DNA of 64,000 nucleotides from Candidatus Latescibacterota bacterium. GTDB lineage: Bacteria > Latescibacterota > UBA2968 > UBA8231. This document shows, one piece after another, positions 1 to 9,744 of the stretch. The stretch is from positions 2,528,001-2,592,000 of the forward strand of contig CBDFJF010000001.1 of assembly GCA_965248265.1 (NCBI GenBank). The letters run 5' to 3'. The notes below the pieces were generated by a model that did no database searches, was not told where the DNA came from, and worked only from the letters and a program-made list of their open reading frames with translations. Numbering within the stretch: the stretch's first letter is position 1; every line of letters begins with the position of its first letter. The translations under genes were made by a program, and so were the position numbers.

Positions 1-152
1 AAGAGGAACAGCTGAGCCCCGCCAGCCGTACTGGTCTCTCCGCCCAGCTGCACCTGCGGAAAGATCCCGAACGTCTGATCTTCGTTCATGAACCACTCAC
101 GCACCTTTTTTGGCAGCTTCTCGTGCTCGGCGTAGATGGTCGCCTGGCCGAA
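1..152 (-). pseudogene. Internal fragment of a second Omp85/BamA-TamA-like protein (no start codon, runs off the window edge)
   Basis: Stop-free frame 152->3 reads FGQATIYAEHEKLPKKVREWFMNEDQTFGIFPQVQLGGETSTAGGAQLFL. It aligns by eye with the N-terminal region of the 1446..2687 protein (LATAVWEQRLLDRVKAYLTFADGRVGVRP...GGGARVF) and is out of frame with the upstream ORF. Confidence 0.55.
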
Positions 153-1435
153 CGCTCCATGTAGGCGGCCGCAGACGGATCGGAAAACTCACCGGCCGAA
201 ACCGCCGCCGCGATCTGCTCATCGCTGAATGAGGTGACGATCTTGGCACCCCAGAAAGCGTCTCTCGCGGTCAGGTTCTCGAACGCGGGCACGGGGTACA
301 TCGGTTTCCACTTGTCTGGCTTGAACAGGTCCGTCTCCAGGTAGCCGACGGAAGGGAAACGAACCGTCGCGGGCGCTTTTTCATACCCATGAACGTACAG
401 TCCCAACGTTGCCAGGCGCATCAAGGAATCTTTCAGGTCGAAGCTGTTGGCCTGACCGCGTCTGGGGTTGCTCGGTTGGGTGCTGTTGCTGCCCATCGCA
501 GCCCCGAAGTCGATCAGATAGTGTTTGAGGATGCGCGCTTCGGGGTCATAGGCATCGAGGGTATTCTCCTCCTTCATGTCAGCATGGTTAATCCAGGAGG
601 CGATGACGTACAACCCGCGGATCTCCCGCCGATGTTCGTGCGGGAAGAGATCGTTGGGGTCGTCCTTTCGAACTCCAGTATAACGCCAGGGGCCAACGGG
701 AACCCCGGGCAGGAAGAGGCTCGCCAGCGCCCGCACACTGCCCTGTCCCGGATTGACCCTGTCGAGGATGGCCGTGAGATCAGCCTGCGTCATGGTGCGT
801 TCCTCGATCGGGTCACGTTTGTCCTCGGTGGCGACCTTGAGCACGGCTGCTGGATCGAGTTCCAGGCGCTTGGGATCCAGTTGGACGATGTAGTTTTCCG
901 GCACGTTGTAACCGGCGGCGTAGAGCAGTCTGGAGGCGACGCACTCCGTGCCGCTGGACAGCTCGCGAAAATTGGGAGGATCGAACTTGATGATGTAGCG
1001 ACGCCCCGTGCGATCAACGATCGTTATCCCGGGAGTTACGCCCTCGGACTTCACCGACACCACGCGCCAGCGACCCGCTGCCGGTGGCCCAGTCACGTTT
1101 GGCCCTATCCTGATCTCTTCGATAGAAAGGGACTGACGAGCGTTGCGGTTGGTGAACCAGGAGTTATCGGGCACCTCGTCGAAGCGGTCGACATTGCGTG
1201 CCTGATAGGGACGGCCAACAAGCTTTCGCGTCAACCGCGGGGTATCGAAAACCTGCCACAGCTGGAGGCCGAAAGTCATCTCCAGTATTTCGTTTGCCAG
1301 CGACGGGTGACGGACCCTCGGCTTTGCCGGCAAAGGGCGGTCGTCACGCGGAATATTGCCGCTGGGCGGCGCCAACGCAGGCGCACAACCCACGCCAAAC
1401 AGCAACCCGATCATTCCCAGTGACGCAACGCGCAT
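86..1435 (-). CDS. Predicted lipoprotein with a protein-kinase-like fold (HipA/PI3K-like); C-terminus probably truncated at ~152
   Basis: Hydrophobic signal and lipobox GVG-C; Gly loop SEGVTPG; IIKFD lysine; alphaC Glu (GTE); catalytic loop NHADMKEEN; YLIDFG. The last ~20 aa look like an out-of-frame tail. Confidence 0.75.
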   Translation of the reverse strand: MRVASLGMIGLLFGVGCAPALAPPSGNIPRDDRPLPAKPRVRHPSLANEILEMTFGLQLWQVFDTPRLTRKLVGRPYQARNVDRFDEVPDNSWFTNRNARQSLSIEEIRIGPNVTGPPAAGRWRVVSVKSEGVTPGITIVDRTGRRYIIKFDPPNFRELSSGTECVASRLLYAAGYNVPENYIVQLDPKRLELDPAAVLKVATEDKRDPIEERTMTQADLTAILDRVNPGQGSVRALASLFLPGVPVGPWRYTGVRKDDPNDLFPHEHRREIRGLYVIASWINHADMKEENTLDAYDPEARILKHYLIDFGAAMGSNSTQPSNPRRGQANSFDLKDSLMRLATLGLYVHGYEKAPATVRFPSVGYLETDLFKPDKWKPMYPVPAFENLTARDAFWGAKIVTSFSDEQIAAAVSAGEFSDPSAAAYMERSARRPSTPSTRSCQKRCVSGS

Positions 1436-1445
1436 GGCCTACCCG

Positions 1446-2687
1446 TCAGAACGTGGTGTTGAAGTTGAAGAGCATCCGCGTCAACTCGACACTGCGAGCG
1501 ACGGTGAACTCGAACACGACTCCTTCTGGCACCCACACCCGCACGCCGCCGCCGTACGAACGCTCCCAGTCGGCAAGGGTGATGTCGGCGAGTGTGTGGA
1601 ACGACCGTCCCGCCTCGTAGAAAACCGTGCCTTCGATCAAACGCCAGACCGGGAACTTGTAGCGTCCGATGGCGTACGTGAGACCGCGGTCGCGGAATCT
1701 CCCTCTCTTGAAGCCTCTCAGTGCCTCCGTTCCCCCAAGTGAAGCCAGGTCATAGAACGGGACTTCATTGCCGAATGGGGCGTAACGCCAATCGCTGCCC
1801 AACTCCAGCGCCAGCGTCCGTCTGTAGAACAACTCCAGGAACTGCTCCGTGAGGAACCCCGCCTTGATGTGCGAAAAATCGTCCTCGTCGACTGACTGGC
1901 TGTAGGCCAGCTTGAGTCGTGTCCGGTTACCCCTCGTCGGGCTGCCCGGGACATCGACGAATACGCCCTTCACCTGCACGCCGGCCTGCACGAAATGGGC
2001 CCGATTGTCCAACCCTGGCAGTTCAGTCGCATGCCTAACGATGGTGGAAGGATAGAGGTCGTTCTCACCTCGACCGACATCCCTGGTGTGATAATCCGCT
2101 TCCCAACTGAACTTGATGCGACCGCGCGTTTGTTGTGCCTGGGAAACCTGCAAGTGAAAATCCCGCTGCCGGAAGACGGTCCGGTCTGCATCGTCCGTGG
2201 CCTGACCAATGCCGTGGAAACTCTCATTCGGCTCACTGGCGTAGCGGATACTCACCATTGTGCCTGTGGGAACTGCCAATGTGAGGAGATGGTGTTGACG
2301 GTTCTTGGATGATGCTCCCAGGCTGGAGGTGATCTCAGCGTCGGCGCCGCCCACCAGGTCGTTGTAGAACACGCGCGCGCCACCACCCCGCAAGGTGCTT
2401 GCCATCGGTCTTACCCCGACCCGGCCGTCAGCGAACGTCAGGTAGGCTTTCACACGGTCCAGCAAGCGCTGTTCCCACACGGCTGTAGCCAACCTGCGAG
2501 CTCCATACCCGGTAATCTGAAACGGCAGGTAGACGATGCGCCCCGGTATTGTCGTCGCCTCTTCGAGTCGCGATCGATGCAGCACGCGAGGCGGAAAGGC
2601 TGACGTCGAATCGACGACGGCCTCGATGTCAGCGTCCAGCTGCGTCGCCAGGCCCAGCACGATCAACACGAGTGCGCAACGTTTCAT
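1446..2687 (-). CDS. Omp85/BamA-TamA family outer-membrane beta-barrel without POTRA domains
   Basis: Signal peptide MKRCALVLIVLGLATQLDA; L6-loop motif LGG..LRGF..GRFRD; SYGGGVR strand; C-terminal FNTTF. ATG at 2687 overlaps the upstream stop (ATGA). Confidence 0.85.
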   Translation of the reverse strand: MKRCALVLIVLGLATQLDADIEAVVDSTSAFPPRVLHRSRLEEATTIPGRIVYLPFQITGYGARRLATAVWEQRLLDRVKAYLTFADGRVGVRPMASTLRGGGARVFYNDLVGGADAEITSSLGASSKNRQHHLLTLAVPTGTMVSIRYASEPNESFHGIGQATDDADRTVFRQRDFHLQVSQAQQTRGRIKFSWEADYHTRDVGRGENDLYPSTIVRHATELPGLDNRAHFVQAGVQVKGVFVDVPGSPTRGNRTRLKLAYSQSVDEDDFSHIKAGFLTEQFLELFYRRTLALELGSDWRYAPFGNEVPFYDLASLGGTEALRGFKRGRFRDRGLTYAIGRYKFPVWRLIEGTVFYEAGRSFHTLADITLADWERSYGGGVRVWVPEGVVFEFTVARSVELTRMLFNFNTTF

Positions 2688-3370
2688 GGAGTCCCGCCGC
2701 CCTTCTGGCTTCCGTCGACGGCAGTCGCCACCCACTCCACCACGTCGCGCAGGCATTCCTGGTTGATTTCGTGACCCATGGAGTATTCGTGGTACTTCAG
2801 CCGGACTGGCGTCTGCGCCACCACGTCGCGGGCGGCATGACTCTGCTGGATGGAGATGACCGGATCGTGACTGCCGTGGGTCATGATGATGGATGTGGCT
2901 TGCAGTACCCGCAGAACATCCGGATCGGCCGGTGTCATCTCAGGAGCAAACACGCCGCTGAGTGCTATCACGTTTGTCGTCGTGTCCGGAGCACGGTAAG
3001 CGACCGCCAGAGCCATGGCCGCGCCCTGGCTGAATCCCAGCAGGAGTGTGTTGGACGCATCGTTGCCGTGAAAAACTTGCTGACTGCGGACAACCTCGAT
3101 GAGGTCCTCGCGCGCCTGCTCCACATCCTCCCGCTCGATCTTCACCCCCGCCTCCGTGAACTCCAGTGGAAACCAGGCATGGCCGCCCTGGGGCAGATCG
3201 ACTGGCGCTCGGATGCTTACGACACGTAAGCGTGGGTCGAAGTACGCTCCCAACGCCATCAGGTCTCGCTCGTCCGCGCCGTACCCGTGCAGGATTATCA
3301 AGAGGGGATTGACGCCATCCGATACGGATGATCGCGGCTCTTCGGTTACGTAGTATGGATTGCCGTTCAA
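2684..3370 (-). CDS. Phospholipase/carboxylesterase (alpha/beta hydrolase)
   Basis: LHGYG, GFSQGA nucleophile elbow, HGSHDPVI Asp and MGHEI His. Confidence 0.9.
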   Translation of the reverse strand: MNGNPYYVTEEPRSSVSDGVNPLLIILHGYGADERDLMALGAYFDPRLRVVSIRAPVDLPQGGHAWFPLEFTEAGVKIEREDVEQAREDLIEVVRSQQVFHGNDASNTLLLGFSQGAAMALAVAYRAPDTTTNVIALSGVFAPEMTPADPDVLRVLQATSIIMTHGSHDPVISIQQSHAARDVVAQTPVRLKYHEYSMGHEINQECLRDVVEWVATAVDGSQKGGGTP

Positions 3371-3375
3371 GGGAG

Positions 3376-5589
3376 TCAGCTCAAATGCGCGGCGAATGAT
3401 TGAGTTCCGGAAACCGTCAAGACGATACGCTCGAACTCAGCGTCGATTTCGTGCACCCACGGGTTGGGCATCACCTTGTCGTTGCGCCACACCGTTTCGT
3501 CGTTGACGGTGATTTCCGGGAAACGGATGCCCAACCTTGGCATGCACAGCTGTACCCTCGTATCACGCGGTGTCCTGACCTCGATCCTGCAGGTCGGCTG
3601 CGACTCCGGTCGCCACCACTCGACGTGCATGGAACCATGCCGGGTGGGCAAATCGGCGGCCATATGGGATATCCCAATGGAAGGTGGCTCAATTTCTATG
3701 CAGTCGTTTCCGATAGTGGCAGGGCGCACCCCCATCACCCGTGAAGCCAGAAAATGATCCGGACCTGGTGCCGCGCCAGCCACCGCCACACCACGGCTTT
3801 GTTTGTCAAACCAGGTCAGACCTTCCCGGTCCAGCAACCGGCCCCAGTAGGTCTGCAAACATTGCATGGCCCGCTGGTACGCCTTCACCTCCCATAGACC
3901 CGCCACCAGATAAAAGGCCTCGTCCAGTCCGCGAACGGTTTCGATTCCGGGGCCGCGCATGGCGGCGAGAATCTGTTGTTGCCTGGCCTCATCCGCCAAC
4001 CCGAAGTAGAGGACGAGGGCATTAGTCAGTTGAGTGTACGCCGATTCGTCGCCTCCTTCGTCGTACAGTTGTGCTTCTTGACACCAGCATGATTGTGTGG
4101 AGGCCAACATCGAGTCGTAGCACTCCCGCGCGGTTCGACTCTCCATCGTGAGTGAAAACAACTCGAATAATCTCAGGGCTGCGCGCGCGGCGCCCGCGGC
4201 AACGATGGTGGAGCGCACAGCCGACCACGGCCTCTGAGCCGGCAACAGACCCGAGGGCAGTTGTTTTTCTTTGATCAGCTTCAACACCTCAGTCACGGTT
4301 TCAAGACCATCGGAGACCGTGTCGCGATCTCCCGAGTACTGCAGGTACGCCTCGAGGAACAGCGGGTACCCGAGCCAATGCCTCCAATCAGAGGCGCTTC
4401 CCTGGGGCGGACCGGTCGAAGCCAGCATGGCGCGGCCTTCAGTCGGATCGCCGCGATGACTGCAATCGTTGAGAAATAGCGGCAGCGCCGAGAGCCAGTC
4501 ATACGGATCGGGATAGGCATCCAGCCAATAGACCTGTTGCCTGCTGGCGTTGCTGCTGTGAACGCCCACGTCCCACAGTGCCTCCAGTTGCTCATCTCCG
4601 TCGATCGCGCCGCCCTCCGCGCGCGGCTCCTCCGCCGCACTCTCTGCTCGACGGACACGAACGCCCAGTTGCTCGACCACGCAGTCACTGTCAGCGAAGC
4701 CGCTGAATCGCGCCAGGAGAAAGCGGAAGGAGTGAGAAATCAAACCAGTCCATCGCTGTCGTCCGACGCAGCAAATGTAGCGGATCGCGGAGCGGAGTGC
4801 GGAATCGAATCGGTCTGTGCTGCTGGCGAAAAAGAGGTCAACGACACCGCCTCCCGCATCCGTCTGCACCGAGAGGAAGGGTGTTCCATGGAACTGCCGG
4901 CCAAAATCAAGCACGAGACAGACACCGGTTCCCGCTTCACTTGTGCGGATGGTCGTACGTTGCCCGTGGCCCTGCAACAGCCCGTCCGGGTGCACGCACT
5001 TGCAACTCCTCAGCGGGGCGAGATCGCGAACCGATGAGGGAATCTGTTGTGCGCTTGATTCGCCCGTGGCAACCAACTCGCGCGCTGCCAGGTCGATGAT
5101 CCTGATGGAAGTTGGCGGCAACTCGACCGGTGCCTGCGCCTCGACCGGCGTACAGGGCCTCCATGCAAGCGGTTCCGCATCACCGTGCAGCGGCTCGAGG
5201 ACGGCGGAGTACTTCTCGCTGAAGGCAGATTCCGAGTCGGGGGCTGTACCGACGAGGCTGGACCAGGAGGAATCCGTGATCACGGATATGCCCGAGATCT
5301 GCCCCTCACAGATGAACCAGGCGGCATGGGGTCCGGCCGCTGCCCGCACCATCAGGACGGATGTGGCGCTCTCAGCTTCGGCGTTGATTTCGAAGCGATC
5401 CCAGCCGGGAACCTGGGTCAGTTCGCCTCCGGGTCCGGCACCAACCTGCTCGCCATCCAAGAAGATCTGGAAAGGTCCGCCGCATGCACATCGCAGCCAA
5501 CCCTTTCTGTGCGGCCCTGAGAACTGCAGCGGGGCCTTCAGGTACACGAAGGCATCAGGATCGACATGCCATACAGGCTGGGGATTCAT
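3376..5589 (-). CDS. GH78 alpha-L-rhamnosidase-like protein with divergent catalytic motifs
   Basis: GH78-like layout: IFLDGEQVG.GP, VLDFGRQ, S.RFL, helical barrel with YTQLTNAL.LYFG, LD.EG.TW, GVRP and LPTRHG..HVEW C-terminal domain. Start taken as ATG 5589; the ORF extends to 5661. Confidence 0.7.
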   Translation of the reverse strand: MNPQPVWHVDPDAFVYLKAPLQFSGPHRKGWLRCACGGPFQIFLDGEQVGAGPGGELTQVPGWDRFEINAEAESATSVLMVRAAAGPHAAWFICEGQISGISVITDSSWSSLVGTAPDSESAFSEKYSAVLEPLHGDAEPLAWRPCTPVEAQAPVELPPTSIRIIDLAARELVATGESSAQQIPSSVRDLAPLRSCKCVHPDGLLQGHGQRTTIRTSEAGTGVCLVLDFGRQFHGTPFLSVQTDAGGGVVDLFFASSTDRFDSALRSAIRYICCVGRQRWTGLISHSFRFLLARFSGFADSDCVVEQLGVRVRRAESAAEEPRAEGGAIDGDEQLEALWDVGVHSSNASRQQVYWLDAYPDPYDWLSALPLFLNDCSHRGDPTEGRAMLASTGPPQGSASDWRHWLGYPLFLEAYLQYSGDRDTVSDGLETVTEVLKLIKEKQLPSGLLPAQRPWSAVRSTIVAAGAARAALRLFELFSLTMESRTARECYDSMLASTQSCWCQEAQLYDEGGDESAYTQLTNALVLYFGLADEARQQQILAAMRGPGIETVRGLDEAFYLVAGLWEVKAYQRAMQCLQTYWGRLLDREGLTWFDKQSRGVAVAGAAPGPDHFLASRVMGVRPATIGNDCIEIEPPSIGISHMAADLPTRHGSMHVEWWRPESQPTCRIEVRTPRDTRVQLCMPRLGIRFPEITVNDETVWRNDKVMPNPWVHEIDAEFERIVLTVSGTQSFAAHLS

Positions 5590-5702
5590 TTGGCTGACCC
5601 TGTGGGCGAGGGGTGACGGCGATAGCGGAAGAGGCTTCCAAGACGCCACTCTCCAGCCCAAAGGGTACGCAAACTTGGCTCCGCGGAGGAGCCCGATGGG
5701 TC

Positions 5703-7133
5703 TTACGGAATTCTCAGCGGCCTGAAGAACGTTTGCGACCGGCGTCTGAGCTCGAATAGAACAGCCTTGCCCGACTCGATTCCATCGACCGCGCCCTCGA
5801 AATCGTCCCTGGACGTTATCTCACGGTAGTTGATCCTGACGATGAGGTCACCGCGAGACAGCCCGGTGCGAGCTGCCTGGCTGCCTGGTTGTACCCTGGA
5901 AATGAGCACTCCCGTCTGCCCTTCGTATCCGAGTTTCTCGGCGATCTCTGGCGTCAAATCTTGTAATCGCAAACCCAATGTTCCGGTAGCCTCTGACTCT
6001 GTTTCCTCGGAGGGCGGAGAAATGGCAACCGATTCGGTAAGTTCGCCCAACTCAGCCTCGATTTCCCTTTCCTCCCCTCGTCGCAGGACCAGCAGTCTTA
6101 CCTTCGTACCTGGGGCGGTTGCGCCGATCAGACTTCTGAATTGGGTCGCCGTGCGCATTCGAGTGCCATCCAATTCCAGTACGACATCACTCGCTTCAAG
6201 ACCCGCCTCCTCCGCGGCGGCGCCTGGTTTCACCTCCTCCACGAAGACACCTTGTGTGTTCTCCAGGCCCAGGGCTTCGGCCAAATCCGGATCGAGTGGA
6301 CGAATGCCAGCACCCAGATAGCCCCTGCGCACCTCGCCATGAGCGACTATCTGCCCAAGCACATCGAGGGCTAGATCAACCGGAATCGCGAAGCCGATGC
6401 CCTTGCTGCCCGGATCGCGTGGATTGGTGATAATTGAGGTGTTGATGCCGACAAGCTCACCCTTGAGGTTGATCAACGCCCCACCGCTGTTGCCCGGGTT
6501 GATAGCGGCATCCGTTTGGATGAAGGAGCCATAATCTGCTATCTCGAGTTCTCTGCGACGACGATCGCGGTCCCTGCCCAGGGCGCTGATGATACCCTGG
6601 CTGACACTGTGCTCGAGCCCGAAGGGATTACCGATGGCCAGGACCCACTCTCCCTCCCGCAGGGTTGCTGATTGGCCCCACGGGACGGCCGGTAGATCGT
6701 CCTGGTCGATTTCCAGGACCGCCAGGTCGCTTAGCGTGTCGGTACCGACAATCTCCGCGTTGAAATGGCGTGCATCCGCGAGATCGACTCTGATGCTGAC
6801 CGCATCCTTGACAACGTGATTGTTCGTCAAGATAAAGTGCTCACCCTCGTGCTCGACGATGACCCCGGATCCGGAACCGGGCTGGAGTTCTTGACTCTGG
6901 GGTTGGTTGAACCGGGGACCTCCCCAGGGAGCACCGGTAAACGGATTATTTCTGCGTACCACCACTCGCTCCGTCTTGATGGCGACGACACCCGGTTTGG
7001 TCTGAGCAACGAGGTCGGCGAAGCCATCACTCAGATCTTGAATCAAGGCCAAGCTCGACTTGCCGTACACCAGACCCGGCTGTCCGATCACCGCGCTGCA
7101 CAGCAAGACAAGGACTGCGATGTTCGTCTTCAT
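5703..7133 (-). CDS. DegP/DegQ (HtrA/Do) periplasmic serine protease with two PDZ domains
   Basis: Signal peptide; TNNHV, DLAV and IQTDAAINPGNSGGAL triad motifs; two PDZ domains; GGAGG RBS. Confidence 0.95.
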   Translation of the reverse strand: MKTNIAVLVLLCSAVIGQPGLVYGKSSLALIQDLSDGFADLVAQTKPGVVAIKTERVVVRRNNPFTGAPWGGPRFNQPQSQELQPGSGSGVIVEHEGEHFILTNNHVVKDAVSIRVDLADARHFNAEIVGTDTLSDLAVLEIDQDDLPAVPWGQSATLREGEWVLAIGNPFGLEHSVSQGIISALGRDRDRRRRELEIADYGSFIQTDAAINPGNSGGALINLKGELVGINTSIITNPRDPGSKGIGFAIPVDLALDVLGQIVAHGEVRRGYLGAGIRPLDPDLAEALGLENTQGVFVEEVKPGAAAEEAGLEASDVVLELDGTRMRTATQFRSLIGATAPGTKVRLLVLRRGEEREIEAELGELTESVAISPPSEETESEATGTLGLRLQDLTPEIAEKLGYEGQTGVLISRVQPGSQAARTGLSRGDLIVRINYREITSRDDFEGAVDGIESGKAVLFELRRRSQTFFRPLRIP

Positions 7134-7250
7134 GTTCCTCCACCTGAAATGTTGTAGTCCGTCATGACCGCGGTGGGCATCATGCCACTGGACTGGTGCC
7201 CTCCAGCACTCGGTGCGGCCACGCTTGGTTCCGCTTTTGGATCACCAAAA

Positions 7251-7278
7251 CAAGACGAAGAGCCTCGCCTTGAGTTCC
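7251..7278 (-). promoter_or_regulatory. Putative ECF (sigmaE-type) promoter for the HtrA gene
   Basis: Minus strand GGAACT-N16-GTCTTG, about 120 nt upstream of an htrA-family gene; htrA genes are commonly sigmaE-regulated. Confidence 0.5.
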
Positions 7279-7287
7279 CGCTAACTG

Positions 7288-9474
7288 TTACGCCGCCCGA
7301 TCCGCAGTCTGCTCGCCCCCCCGGGCGAAATCCTGACGTACGACCAGCTCACCGCCCTCAACGTCGATGGTGACGTGCGTGCCGTCTGCAATATCGCCGG
7401 CCACCAGAGCGCGACCGATGCGGGTTTCCAGCTCATGTTGCAGGAACCGCTTCAAGGGCCGGGCGCCGTACACGGGATCATAGCCGTTGCGGGCGATGAA
7501 GTCGCGGGCCTGTGGCGTGCTTCTCAGATCGATATTGCGGTCAGCCAGGCGACCACGCAACTCACCCAGCATGAGCTCGACGATCTTGCCGATATCACCT
7601 ATGGTCAGCGGCTTGAAGACCACGATATCATCGATCCGATTGAGGAACTCCGGTCGAAACCGGTGCCTCAGTTGTGCCATCATTTCGTCCTCGACATCCG
7701 GCCTGATCTCGCCGTCACCGGCTGCGGCCCCTTCAACCAGGTACTCGGAGCCGATGTTCGAGGTCATGATGACGACCGTGTTCTTGAAGTCGACGGTGCG
7801 CCCCTGCGAATCGGTCAGTCTGCCGTCGTCAAGCAGTTGCAGCAGGACATTGAAGACATCCGGATGCGCCTTTTCGATTTCATCGAAGAGGATGACGGAA
7901 TACGGCGCGCGGCGTATGGCTTCCGTGAGTTGACCGCCCTCTTCGTGGCCGACGTAACCGGGAGGCGCGCCGATGAGTCTGGAGACCGCATGCTTTTCCA
8001 TGTACTCGCTCATGTCGACGCGAACCACCTGGTCCTCCGAGTCGAACAAGGTAGCAGCCAGCGATTTCGCCAGCTCCGTCTTGCCGACCCCCGTCGGCCC
8101 CAGGAAGATGAAGCTGCCACTGGGCCGCTTCGGATCGCTTATGCCGGCACGTGCACGAATGACGGCATCCGTCACTCGCCGTACCGCCTCATCCTGACCA
8201 ATGACACGCTGGTGCAGCAGCTGGTCCAATCTTAGTAACTTCTCGCGCTCGCCTTCTACAAGACGGGTTACGGGCACCCCGGTCCAGCGCGAGACGATGT
8301 CGGCGATCTCCTCTTCTCCGACATCCTCATGGAGTAGTCTCGTCCGCGAATCGTCTCTATAGCGGTCGCCCAGATCGCGATATCGTTGCTCCGCTTCTGG
8401 CAGCTTGCCGTACTTGAGCTCGGCTGCTCGATTGAGGTCGGCACGTCGTTCGGCCTCTTCAATCTGCCTGCGGATGTCTTCTATCTGCTTTTGCAGATCC
8501 CGTGAAGCGGCAATCTCAGCCCTTTCTTCCTCCCACTGCTGCCGCATCGCCTCCGCCTGCGATTTGAGCTGTGTGAGTTCGTCGCGAAGTGCTCCAAGAC
8601 GGGTCTTGCTGCCCTCGTCCTTCTCCTTCTTGAGGGCGGCCTCCTCTATCTCCAGCTGCATCACACGCCGCGTGACTTCATCCAGTTGAGCTGGCATGGA
8701 ATCGATTTCAGTCCGAATGGTCGCGCACGCTTCGTCGACCAGGTCGATGGCCTTGTCCGGCAAAAAGCGATCCGACACGTAGCGGTTGGACATGACCGCT
8801 GCCGCCACCAGGGCGCTGTCCTGGATCTGGACCCCGTGATGGAGCTGGTAACGCTCACGCAGTCCACGCAGAATCGATATCGTGTCCTCGACGGTTGGGG
8901 GCTCCACCGTTACCGGTTGAAAGCGTCTTTCGAGCGCGGCGTCCTTTTCGATATACGTACGGTACTCGTCCAATGTCGTGGCCCCTACACAATGCAGCTC
9001 CCCTCGCGCCAGCATCGGCTTGAGCAGGTTGCCCGCATCAGTCGATCCTTCCGTGCGCCCGGCGCCGACTATGTTGTGAAGCTCGTCAATGAAGAGGATG
9101 ATCCGCCCCTCGCTTTCGACGATCTCGTTGAGGACGGAGTTCAGGCGTTCCTCGAACTCGCCACGGTACTTGGCCCCTGAAATGAGCGCACCCATGTCGA
9201 GGGAGAACACGCTGCGGTCCTTCATCCATTCCGGCACATCCCCCCTCACGATGCGCTGGGCAAGCCCTTCGACGATCGCCGTCTTGCCCACCCCTGGCTC
9301 GCCAATCAATACCGGGTTGTTTTTCGTCTTGCGCGACAGAATGCGAATCACCCTGCGAATCTCGGCATCCCGCCCGATCACCGGATCCAGGGCGCCGTCT
9401 TTAGCCCGTGCCACCAGATCGGTACCGTACCTTTCCAGTCCCCCTTCGGTTGACGCATTGTCCTGTGTGTTCAT
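7288..9474 (-). CDS. clpB: ClpB disaggregase lacking the N-terminal Clp-N domain
   Basis: Two AAA+ modules ([14 protein letters not shown]; [16 protein letters not shown]), coiled-coil M domain (AAELKYG) and YGARPLKR; 728 aa, beginning just before LERYGTDL. Confidence 0.93.
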   Translation of the reverse strand: MNTQDNASTEGGLERYGTDLVARAKDGALDPVIGRDAEIRRVIRILSRKTKNNPVLIGEPGVGKTAIVEGLAQRIVRGDVPEWMKDRSVFSLDMGALISGAKYRGEFEERLNSVLNEIVESEGRIILFIDELHNIVGAGRTEGSTDAGNLLKPMLARGELHCVGATTLDEYRTYIEKDAALERRFQPVTVEPPTVEDTISILRGLRERYQLHHGVQIQDSALVAAAVMSNRYVSDRFLPDKAIDLVDEACATIRTEIDSMPAQLDEVTRRVMQLEIEEAALKKEKDEGSKTRLGALRDELTQLKSQAEAMRQQWEEERAEIAASRDLQKQIEDIRRQIEEAERRADLNRAAELKYGKLPEAEQRYRDLGDRYRDDSRTRLLHEDVGEEEIADIVSRWTGVPVTRLVEGEREKLLRLDQLLHQRVIGQDEAVRRVTDAVIRARAGISDPKRPSGSFIFLGPTGVGKTELAKSLAATLFDSEDQVVRVDMSEYMEKHAVSRLIGAPPGYVGHEEGGQLTEAIRRAPYSVILFDEIEKAHPDVFNVLLQLLDDGRLTDSQGRTVDFKNTVVIMTSNIGSEYLVEGAAAGDGEIRPDVEDEMMAQLRHRFRPEFLNRIDDIVVFKPLTIGDIGKIVELMLGELRGRLADRNIDLRSTPQARDFIARNGYDPVYGARPLKRFLQHELETRIGRALVAGDIADGTHVTIDVEGGELVVRQDFARGGEQTADRAA

Positions 9475-9557
9475 TTGAGTATCAGATCCATTGTGATTTG
9501 ACTTATGGCCAAAGGAACGGCCGCTGGAGATTTATAATGACTATCAGTTCGCAAATT

Positions 9558-9574
9558 CGCAAAAGCCGTGCCTG
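9558..9574 (-). promoter_or_regulatory. Putative sigma54 (-24/-12) promoter of clpB
   Basis: Minus strand CAGGCACGGCTTTTGCG gives GG-N10-GC with GGCACG...TTGC, about 85 nt upstream of the clpB ATG. Confidence 0.65.
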
Positions 9575-9682
9575 TGACCCACTTTGGTCAGTAAGTATGG
9601 GTAAAATAATCAGTTATGGATTTTATCCGAGAGCGTGAACGACGTCGGACAGCTTTACTCACAGGTGATTGCCTGATAGAAA

Positions 9683-9697
9683 GTGCCAAAATGGCAC
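9683..9697. promoter_or_regulatory. Palindrome GTGCCA-AAA-TGGCAC, candidate enhancer-binding-protein site
   Basis: Perfect 6-bp inverted repeat about 110-120 bp upstream of the sigma54 motif. Confidence 0.4.
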
Positions 9698-9710
9698 ACC
9701 GTGATCGTAC

Positions 9711-9744
9711 AAAAAAAAGCCCCTCCGAATGAGGGGCCTTTTTT
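9711..9744. terminator. Bidirectional intrinsic terminator
   Basis: A8-GCCCCTC-cgaat-GAGGGGC-c-T6. Confidence 0.85.

Noticed and set aside
7203-7229. CIRCE (HrcA) operator between clpB and htrA
   Set aside because: Only a partial half-site (CCAGCACTC); the second arm is missing at the 9-bp spacing.
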